64,000 nucleotides of DNA from the IMG/VR virus record IMGVR_UViG_3300032782_000002. One strand, given 5' to 3'. Position numbers and translations under genes: made by a program. Under the pieces are notes generated by a model. It was not told the DNA's origin. It saw only the letters and a program-made list of their open reading frames with translations, and ran no database searches. The stretch comes from a virus (lineage: Duplodnaviria; Caudoviricetes). The first letter of the stretch is position 1. Every line of letters begins with the position of its first letter. Shown one piece after another: positions 42,202 through 49,413 of the stretch.

Positions 42202-43215
42202 ATGCGCCTCACCGCGCGCGTCGTGGATGTCGCGGAGCACGGTCGGCGACTGTCGCTTGAGCAGGGCTTCCTGGTTGTCCACGACGAACGACGCGCCGAG
42301 CTTGGGCGCGTTCCGCTAGATGACGTTGGCGCGGTGCTCCTGCACGCGCAGGGCACGAGCTGTACGACACCCCTCATAGCGGCCCTGGCACACCGTGGAG
42401 CCGTGCTCGCGGTGTGTGACGGCCATCATCTACCCGTCGCGTGGACCCTGCCGGTCGGAGATCATTCGGGGCAGGCGCGCACTATCGCCGCTCAGGTGGA
42501 TGCTCCCAAGCCGTTCACCAAGCGGTTGTGGCAGTACGTTGTTCAGGCCAAGATCGCTTCGCAGGCGGACGTGTTGGCGGTGTGCGGGAAGAACCGCGCG
42601 CTGCTCGACGGTCTGGTCGGACTTGTGCGCTCTGGCGATCCGGCGAATGTCGAAGCGCGCGCCGCGCAGGCGTACTGGCCGACGTTGTTCGGGGCGGCCT
42701 TCCGGCGTGATCGCGAGGCACCGGGCATCAACGCGGCGCTCAACTACGGCTACACGGTGTTGCGCGCCTCGGTGGCGCGCGCCGTTGTCGCCTGCGGCCT
42801 GCACCCAAGTATCGGCGTCAAGCACCGTCGTGACCCGCTCGCTCTCGTGAGTGATCTGATGGAGCCGTTTCGTGCGGTGGTCGATTGTCGGGTGGCGATC
42901 ATGGCGGTGGACGGGCGCGCTGATACGAGCCGCCGCTCACGTGAGGAGCTGGTGGAGCTGCTCGGCGGTGACATCGAGGCGGGCGTGATGCGGTTCGCGC
43001 GATCGATCGGGGACGCTTACCTGACGGGTGTGTGCCCGGTGTGGAGGCGATCGGATGTGGCTGTTGGTGCTGTTCGATCTGCCGGCGACGACACGCGCGG
43101 ATCGCTGGTTAGCGTCGCGGTTCCGGAACGCCCTTCTGGCCCGCGGCTTCGAGAGGCTTCAGCTGTCGGTGTACACGCGGAGGTGCCCTGGGGCGGCGAC
43201 GACGCTGGCGGCTGA
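42202..43215 (+). CDS. cas1: CRISPR integrase Cas1, type II-like
   Basis: GRVPLDDV, GDPANVEARAAQAYW, INAALNYGYTVLRA, GLHPSIGVKH, SDLMEPFR; catalytic E/H/D present. Confidence 0.95.
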   Translation: MRLTARVVDVAEHGRRLSLEQGFLVVHDERRAELGRVPLDDVGAVLLHAQGTSCTTPLIAALAHRGAVLAVCDGHHLPVAWTLPVGDHSGQARTIAAQVDAPKPFTKRLWQYVVQAKIASQADVLAVCGKNRALLDGLVGLVRSGDPANVEARAAQAYWPTLFGAAFRRDREAPGINAALNYGYTVLRASVARAVVACGLHPSIGVKHRRDPLALVSDLMEPFRAVVDCRVAIMAVDGRADTSRRSREELVELLGGDIEAGVMRFARSIGDAYLTGVCPVWRRSDVAVGAVRSAGDDTRGSLVSVAVPERPSGPRLREASAVGVHAEVPWGGDDAGG

Positions 43216-43351
43216 TGTACGCCGTCTTTTGCCGGCGAGCGGCAGCGCGTGCCTAATCGAGCTGACGGATCTGCAGTACGAGGGGCTCGTTCGTCTGCAA
43301 GGCGGCGAGCCGCTGGTCTTTGAAAAACCGAAGCGGCTGATCTCGTTCTGA
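43055..43351 (+). CDS. cas2: Cas2, type II-like
   Basis: MWLLVLFDLP...FRNALLARGFERLQLSVY...LTDLQYE; GGAGG RBS at 43043-43047. Confidence 0.93.
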   Translation: MWLLVLFDLPATTRADRWLASRFRNALLARGFERLQLSVYTRRCPGAATTLAADVRRLLPASGSACLIELTDLQYEGLVRLQGGEPLVFEKPKRLISF

Positions 43352-43423
43352 GGTCTGAGGCCGCCTTTCTCAAGCGCGCCGCGGATGGATTGCCGTGGGG
43401 TGCTGGGGTGTTGCGTGAAGTCA

Positions 43424-45517
43424 GATGCAAGGGGATGCGATCCCCTTGTGAGTTCCAACACCGACTACCGGATGATCGTCCTGGCGACGTCGATGCAAGG
43501 GGATGCGATCCCCTTGTGAGTTCCAACGGGCGCGGCGCATGACATCCCCCGTCACTGCCGATGCAAGGGGATGCGATCCCCTTGTGAGTTCCAACACGGC
43601 CGCGCATGCGCAGAGATCGGGGCGCGCGATGCAAGGGGATGCGATCCCCTTGTGAGTTCCAACACAGGCGCGCGAAGAAGAGGGCCAGACGTCTAGGATG
43701 CAAGGGGATGCGATCCCCTTGTGAGTTCCAACACGAACATGCGGCCGGTGCGCGGATCGATCTGGGATGCAAGGGGATGCGATCCCCTTGTGAGTTCCAA
43801 CTAGCGGGCGAGGGCGGCGCGGAGCCTGCGGTGGATGCAAGGGGATGCGATCCCCTTGTGAGTTCCAACTTGATCCCGACGCATCCGATCGAGTTGACCG
43901 CGATGCAAGGGGATGCGATCCCCTTGTGAGTTCCAACTCTTTGCCGAGCGCCAGGCGCTGCATGTAGAAGATGCAAGGGGATGCGATCCCCTTGTGAGTT
44001 CCAACCCAGAGGCGCGCGCCGCTCCCGAAGTGGTCGCGGGATGCAAGGGGATGCGATCCCCTTGTGAGTTCCAACTCGCGCACCGCGTGCGTGTCCAGGT
44101 AGCTGCGATGCAAGGGGATGCGATCCCCTTGTGAGTTCCAACGCGGGGCCCGCGAAGACCGCTTGCAGGAAGAAGATGCAAGGGGATGCGATCCCCTTGT
44201 GAGTTCCAACGACTACATGACCGAGACCGCAGCCACGGTTTCGATGCAAGGGGACGCGATCCCCTTGGGAGTTTCAACCGAGGGTGGCTCCAACAGCACC
44301 ATGGGTCTCCGCTGCAAGGGGGAACGATCCCCTTGAGAGTTCCAACTGGCTGCACACAAGGCATAGGCACCGCTCGTGATCAAGGGGACTAGATCCCCCT
44401 GGGAGTTTCAACATTAGGGCCTGATAGACGTTGTGGACGGCGGCGATGCGGGGGGATTCGATCCCCCTGGGAGTTTCAACGAGTGAGACCCGAGACCAAC
44501 CCAATCCAGTAGGATGCAAGGGGGTTCGATCCCCCTGGGAGTTTCAACTGGGACGTGACGCTGACGCCGGCCGGCGGCAGATGCAAGGGGGTTCGATCCC
44601 CCTGGGAGTTTCAACCTCATGGGTGGCGATCAGGCGGGTGGGCGCGCGATGCAAGGGGGCACGATCCCCTTGGGAGTTCCAACCTCGACAAGGCGCTGCG
44701 ACGGGATAGGTGCGTGATGCAAGGGGGCTCGATCCCCTTGAGGGTTCCAACGACATGCGGGTGCCTCTCAACCACGACGATCAGTGCGAGGGGACGTGAT
44801 CCCCTTGAGGGTTCCAACTTGATGCCGCGGTCGGCCGATGCTGACACGGAGATGCGAGGGGGATGAGATCCCCTTGGGAGTTTCAACTCGGCCACGCACA
44901 GCAAGACGTCGCGGTCTTCGATGCAAGGGGATGAGATCCCCTTGGGAGTTCCGCCGTGAGGTGGCTACCGCTGCGCTCGTGAGCTTGCGGTGCAGGGGAT
45001 GAGATTCCCCTCGTGAGGTCCAACCCCATGGCCTTTTCGATCAACTCGTCGCGCACGAGATGCAAGGGGACGTGATCCCCTTGATGGTTTCAACGTGAAC
45101 CGCACAGCGGAGGGCTAGACGTACGGGATACAAGGGGGCGATCCCCTTGAGATGTTTCAACTGGTTGGCGAAGCCGACGGCGAACGCGATGCAAGGGGAT
45201 CCCCTTGAGAGTTTCAACCAGGCCGCGCAGCAGGGCCGCGCGCATCACGGATGCAAGGGGGTGTGATCCCCTCGCGAGTTCCAACTCGATCATTGTCACC
45301 GTGCGGGCGAGGACCAGGCGGATGGCAAGCAAGGGGAGTGATCCCCTTGATAGTTTCAACTTGCGGACGTACGCGCGCACCTGGTTTCAACTGGAGTGCC
45401 TCGGGCGCGTTGCCGTCGTGCTCGGACGCAAGGGGATGAGATCCCCTTGGGAGTTTCAACGGCATCGTGGCACCGAGCGGGAGGAGCAAGGGGAGCGATC
45501 CCCTTGAGAGTTTCAAC
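43424..45517 (+). CRISPR. CRISPR array: ~31 repeats plus one remnant, 36-nt repeat, spacers mostly 31-34 nt
   Basis: Repeat GATGCAAGGGGATGCGATCCCCTTGTGAGTTCCAAC; first 12 copies identical (43424-44210), later copies degenerate; 72-bp leader after cas2. Confidence 0.98.
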
Positions 45518-45590
45518 AACACGGCGTACACCCTCGTGTCGCTCACGACGACGGCGCCCGCGCGCCTCTACACCGTGGTGCGAAGCGGGC

Positions 45591-45618
45591 TTGACACTGC
45601 GCGCGCCGCGGGCATAAT
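45591..45618 (+). promoter_or_regulatory. Promoter of the Cascade-helicase operon
   Basis: TTGACA-N16-CATAAT, near-consensus in GC-rich DNA. Confidence 0.75.
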
Positions 45619-45681
45619 GCGCGTCATGTCGTGGCGGTTGATTCGAAGCGTATCAACGGCTACTACGGCCAGGAGGATGTG

Positions 45682-45858
45682 ATGACGGCCCGTCAACCGC
45701 AGGTGCGTGTGCGTAGCAAGGGCGTGCACAAGATCATCATCGAGATCGACCTCGCGCCCGTGGCGGCGCCGCGCAAGACGGCCGCGGAGCGGTCCGCCAT
45801 TGCGAAGAAGGCGGTTGCGACGCGTCGTCGTCGTGCCGCGGAGCGTGCGGCGTCGTGA
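45682..45858 (+). CDS. 58-aa basic protein heading the Cascade operon
   Basis: AGGAGG RBS at 45671; RKTAAERSAIAKKAVATRRRR; GTGA overlap with cas5. Confidence 0.65.
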   Translation: MTARQPQVRVRSKGVHKIIIEIDLAPVAAPRKTAAERSAIAKKAVATRRRRAAERAAS

Positions 45859-46625
45859 CGGCGCCCAGGGTCTTTTGCGTGCGCGCCACGGCGCCGTACG
45901 CGTGCTGGACCAACCCGGCGCTCACGGCCGAGAGGTTCTCGTACCCCGTGCCGACTCCCGTCGGGCTGGAGGGGGTGCTCAAGTCGGTGTTCTGGCGCAA
46001 GGGCCTGCGCTACCAGATCCAGTCCATCGGCATCTGCGCGCCGATCCGGCGCCACCTGCTGCGCCGCAACGAGATCGACCACACGCCCCGTGCGGATGCG
46101 AGCACGGGGTTCAACGGCGACCGGTACGCCGTGCAGCGCATGACCAGCCGTCTCAAGGACGTGGACTACCGCGTGGAGTTCGTACTCGATCTCGACGACG
46201 GCTACAGGGATCGCTCGCTGCTGATGAAGTGCGAGGCGATGCTGTCGCGCTACCTGGATCGCGGCCACTGCTTCCAGCAGCCGTTCTTCGGCTGCAGGGA
46301 GATGGTGGGCGATGTCCGGTGGGCGGAGACCTCCGATCCGACCCCGATTGCCGAGACGCGGCCGCTCGGGCGGATGATCTACGGCTACATCTGGGACAAC
46401 GCGCGCAACCGCCGTGACGTCGTGCTGGAGTACGAACCGCACCTCGATCACGGTGTGGTTCATGTCCCGCCGCGCGGCGAGGTGTTGCGTCTCAACGGGG
46501 TGGCGCGCCCCGGAGTCGCGACGCCGCACCCGCCAGCGCATCCTCGACGGCCTCGCGCTCGTCCTGGGACACGTCCTGCCGGTCGCTCGCATCTGCCCAC
46601 CAGGTCGAAAGGAACTGCGGCGTGA
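45855..46625 (+). CDS. cas5: Cas5c (Cas5d), type I-C
   Basis: ACWTNP...ERFSYPVPTP...FWRK...RRNEI, LKDVDY, GHCFQQPFFGCRE. Confidence 0.93.
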   Translation: MTAPRVFCVRATAPYACWTNPALTAERFSYPVPTPVGLEGVLKSVFWRKGLRYQIQSIGICAPIRRHLLRRNEIDHTPRADASTGFNGDRYAVQRMTSRLKDVDYRVEFVLDLDDGYRDRSLLMKCEAMLSRYLDRGHCFQQPFFGCREMVGDVRWAETSDPTPIAETRPLGRMIYGYIWDNARNRRDVVLEYEPHLDHGVVHVPPRGEVLRLNGVARPGVATPHPPAHPRRPRARPGTRPAGRSHLPTRSKGTAA

Positions 46626-48289
46626 GGCTGCTCCAGGCGCTGGCGGAGTTCGCCGACCACAACATCCCTGACCCGACGTTCGAACGGCGGCGCATCGCCT
46701 ACGTCGTCGTGGTGGCGCCGGACGGCTCGCTGGTCGAGATCGAGGAGCACGGGCAGGACGAGCAGGTGCCGCGCATCGACGGTGGCACCAACGCCGTCAA
46801 CCCCAAGTTCCTCGTCGACACGCCCCAGTACGTGTTCGGCCTCGGCGAACAGCCCGCGGATCGGCGCGCGAAGTGTCACGCGGCGTTCGCCCAGCTCATG
46901 GCGGACCTGGCGACCCAGTGTCCGGATGCGGGCTTGAAGGCTGTCGCGGCTTTCATGCGCAAGCCGGTGCCGGCGAAGGCCAAGGCGCTGTCGCTCAAGG
47001 GTACCGAGTGGATGACGTTCCGGCTGCAGGGCGACAAGAGGTTCGTGTTCGAGCGGCCGAAGGTGCGTCGCTTGTGGAACGCCCGCATCGCGGCAGCGGG
47101 CTCCGATCTCAAGGCCGTGTGCCGCGTGACAGGCCGCACCGCTCCGATCGCGATGCTGCACCCCACCATCGCGATGCCAGACAGCAAAGGCGCCAAGCTG
47201 GTCAGCTTCAACCTCGATGTGTCCCGCTTCGAAGGTCGCAAACAAGGCGCGAACTTCGAGGTGTCGCAGGACGTGGCGCGCGCGTACGGCGCGGCGCTCA
47301 AGTTCATGCTGGAGCGCAAGGAAGACGGGCAGCTCAGGTCGGCCGCCTTCTTCAAGGGCGACCTGAAGGGCAGCGCCATGGGGACCGTCGTGCCCTTCAC
47401 CAAGGACGGCCGATCCATGCAGCCGCTGCTCGACGTGCTGATGCTGCCGTTCATCAAGGACGAGCGCGAGCGGTCTGCGCGTCTGGAGCAGGCGTGGGCG
47501 ACGATGACCGCCTGGTGCGCCGACGACGAACTGCTGCACGTCGTGATCCTCAAGAGCAACCAGGCCCGCATCATGGTGCTCGACTACTTCGAGCGGCCGC
47601 TGTCGGAGATCGCGGCCAACGTGTTGCAGTTTCGCCGCGAGGTGCTCGACGAGCTTGCACGCCCCGAGTCCGAGACGCCGCGTGCCGTGACGCTCGCGTA
47701 CCTGCTCAACACCATGATGGGTCCGGACGGACGCATCACGCCGTTCGCGTTGGGGATCCTGCGCGCCATGTTGTGCGGGGATCCGTACCCCCAGCCGCTC
47801 GCCTGGATGCGCGGTGAGAGCGGTGACGTATGGCGCCGGGCTATCCGGCGCCGCAGTCAGAAGGAGCCCGTTTCCATGAGTCTCGATCCCGACAACCCCG
47901 ACCAGGCGTACCAGCGCGGACGGCTGGCCGCGATCATCAAGGAACTGCACTACGAGGTGACTCGCGGGCGCGGGCAGTTGACGCTCGTGCCGTCGATCGC
48001 GCAGGCGGCCAAGATGCCCTCGTATGGCATGCAGCTGCTGCAGCGTCGCGCGCTCCAGTTCATCGACGCGCTCGAACGGCGCAACAACCGCGCCTCCGCC
48101 GCCGCGTACTACGAGGTCGCGGGCAAGATCGGGCCGGCGCCTATCCGCCACACGCGCGCGCAGGAGGAGTCGTTCATGCGCGGCTTCGTGGATCAGGTGC
48201 AGGCGCTGCGCGAGCGCATCCGCCGCTACCAGGAGGAGAAGAACGCTGTGGACGCCGTCGAAGGCGTCGAGGCCCCCGCGGCCGAGTAG
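46622..48289 (+). CDS. cas8c: Cas8c (Csd1), type I-C large subunit
   Basis: LLQAL N-terminus, FLVDTPQYVFG, CRVTG...LHPTI, GAKLVSFN, C-terminal LDPDNPDQAYQRGRL. Confidence 0.9.
   Translation: MRLLQALAEFADHNIPDPTFERRRIAYVVVVAPDGSLVEIEEHGQDEQVPRIDGGTNAVNPKFLVDTPQYVFGLGEQPADRRAKCHAAFAQLMADLATQCPDAGLKAVAAFMRKPVPAKAKALSLKGTEWMTFRLQGDKRFVFERPKVRRLWNARIAAAGSDLKAVCRVTGRTAPIAMLHPTIAMPDSKGAKLVSFNLDVSRFEGRKQGANFEVSQDVARAYGAALKFMLERKEDGQLRSAAFFKGDLKGSAMGTVVPFTKDGRSMQPLLDVLMLPFIKDERERSARLEQAWATMTAWCADDELLHVVILKSNQARIMVLDYFERPLSEIAANVLQFRREVLDELARPESETPRAVTLAYLLNTMMGPDGRITPFALGILRAMLCGDPYPQPLAWMRGESGDVWRRAIRRRSQKEPVSMSLDPDNPDQAYQRGRLAAIIKELHYEVTRGRGQLTLVPSIAQAAKMPSYGMQLLQRRALQFIDALERRNNRASAAAYYEVAGKIGPAPIRHTRAQEESFMRGFVDQVQALRERIRRYQEEKNAVDAVEGVEAPAAE
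47876..48289 (+). CDS. cas11: Cas11 small subunit, internally translated from cas8c
   Basis: AAGGAG at 47861-47866, then in-frame ATG (MSLDPDN), the arrangement known from type I-C. Confidence 0.7.
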   Translation: MSLDPDNPDQAYQRGRLAAIIKELHYEVTRGRGQLTLVPSIAQAAKMPSYGMQLLQRRALQFIDALERRNNRASAAAYYEVAGKIGPAPIRHTRAQEESFMRGFVDQVQALRERIRRYQEEKNAVDAVEGVEAPAAE

Positions 48290-48345
48290 GTGCCCGGCTG
48301 CAGCCGGTGAGAGTCCCCACGAAGGCGACATAGGGAGAGACACAC

Positions 48346-49347
48346 ATGCTGAAAACGAATGTGAAGCGCCGCGATCTCGTGCTGCTGTACGACGTGATGG
48401 ACGGGTCCGTGAACAACGATCCCGACACCAACGCGCCCCGCCAGGATCCCGACACCGGGATCGGCTCGGTCAGCGCCGAGTGTATCAAGCGCAAGATCCG
48501 TGACGAGGTCGCACGCGAGAAGGCGGGCGAGCCTGGTTACGAGCTGCTCGTGGCGCGCGGTGCGGTGCTCAACCGCGCCATCCGCGAGGCGTACGAGGAG
48601 GCGTCCGTCAAGATCCCGGACGCCCCGAAGAAGCCCGCGAAGGCTGCGAAGGCGGGTAAGAGCGGCAAGTCGGCGAGCGCGCCCAAGGACGACGAGGTGG
48701 CCGAGGACGAGGAGGTCGGGCAAGAGCGCGACCAGCGCGTCTCGGCCGCGGATGCTGCGCGCGGCAATAGGCGTCTCGTCGAGAAGTTCTTCGACGCGCG
48801 CTGGTTCGGCCAGGTCGTGACGGGTGTCGGTGCGGGGCGCATCACGGGTCCGGTGCAGATCCAGGAGGCGCGCTCGATCGTGCCGGTGCGCATCGACGAG
48901 GTCGCGCGTACGCGCGTGGCGACGACGAACGAGGAGCAGTCCAAGGCCCAGAAGGGGCTCAACCAGAATCGGTCGCGCAAGGCGCGGTTGTCGCATGCTC
49001 TCTACAAGCAGATGCTGCACATCTCGCCCTTCCAGGCGCTCACTACCGGGTTTTCCGAAAAGGACTTCGAGGTGCTGTTGAAGGCGCTCAAGTCGATGTT
49101 CGAGAACGATCGCTCGACTTCGCGCGGCATGGTCTCGATGCGTCAGATCGTCGTGTTCGAGCACACCGATCCGCTGGGCAGCGCGCGTGCGGTCGACCTG
49201 CTCAACAGCGTGCGCGTCGTGCCGCAGGTCGAGGCGCCGACGTGCTTCGAGCAGTACACCGTGACCATCGATCGCAGCACGCTCCCCGCGGGGGTGATCG
49301 TCACAACGGCGTGGCCGGAGGCGACGGCCTCCGCGGCGGCCGAGTAG
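48346..49347 (+). CDS. cas7: Cas7 (Csd2), type I-C backbone
   Basis: LLYDV.DG..NNDPD...PRQD..TG.G...CIKRKIRD, FFDARWFGQV, TGPVQI, TGFSE.D, MFENDRS..RG. Confidence 0.95.
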   Translation: MLKTNVKRRDLVLLYDVMDGSVNNDPDTNAPRQDPDTGIGSVSAECIKRKIRDEVAREKAGEPGYELLVARGAVLNRAIREAYEEASVKIPDAPKKPAKAAKAGKSGKSASAPKDDEVAEDEEVGQERDQRVSAADAARGNRRLVEKFFDARWFGQVVTGVGAGRITGPVQIQEARSIVPVRIDEVARTRVATTNEEQSKAQKGLNQNRSRKARLSHALYKQMLHISPFQALTTGFSEKDFEVLLKALKSMFENDRSTSRGMVSMRQIVVFEHTDPLGSARAVDLLNSVRVVPQVEAPTCFEQYTVTIDRSTLPAGVIVTTAWPEATASAAAE

Positions 49348-49361
49348 GAAGACGCGCCGTG

Positions 49362-49390
49362 GGCGCCCGGCGTGTGGTGCGCCGGGCGCC
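49362..49390 (+). other. GC-rich hairpin between cas7 and the helicase
   Basis: GGCGCCCGGCG-TGTGGTG-CGCCGGGCGCC, 11-bp stem, no U-tract. Confidence 0.6.
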
Positions 49391-49413
49391 GCTGCGTTAT
49401 GAGGGACCACACG

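Noticed and set aside
41794-43423. tracrRNA/anti-repeat or cas9 for the type II-like cas1-cas2
   Set aside because: No repeat-complementary sequence outside the array and no large RuvC/HNH ORF was seen by eye; cannot be excluded outside the window.
44006-44039. Spacer 9 (reverse complement RDHFGSGARLW) resembling GRYFGAAFHPGERLW in the 52800 ORF
   Set aside because: Needs a gap and shares few residues; too weak without a database hit.
44888-44919. Spacer 22 sharing a 13-nt run with 8516-8528
   Set aside because: Only about 20/32 overall in GC-rich DNA; compatible with chance.
43017-45546. ORFs with repeated VGTHKGIASPCI/LELTRGSHPLAS/WNSQGDRIPLH peptides
   Set aside because: These are translations of the CRISPR repeats, not proteins.
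48278-49348. cas8c and cas7 both end in GCGGCCGAGTAGG (AAE-stop)
   Set aside because: A short GC-rich identity with no supportable function.
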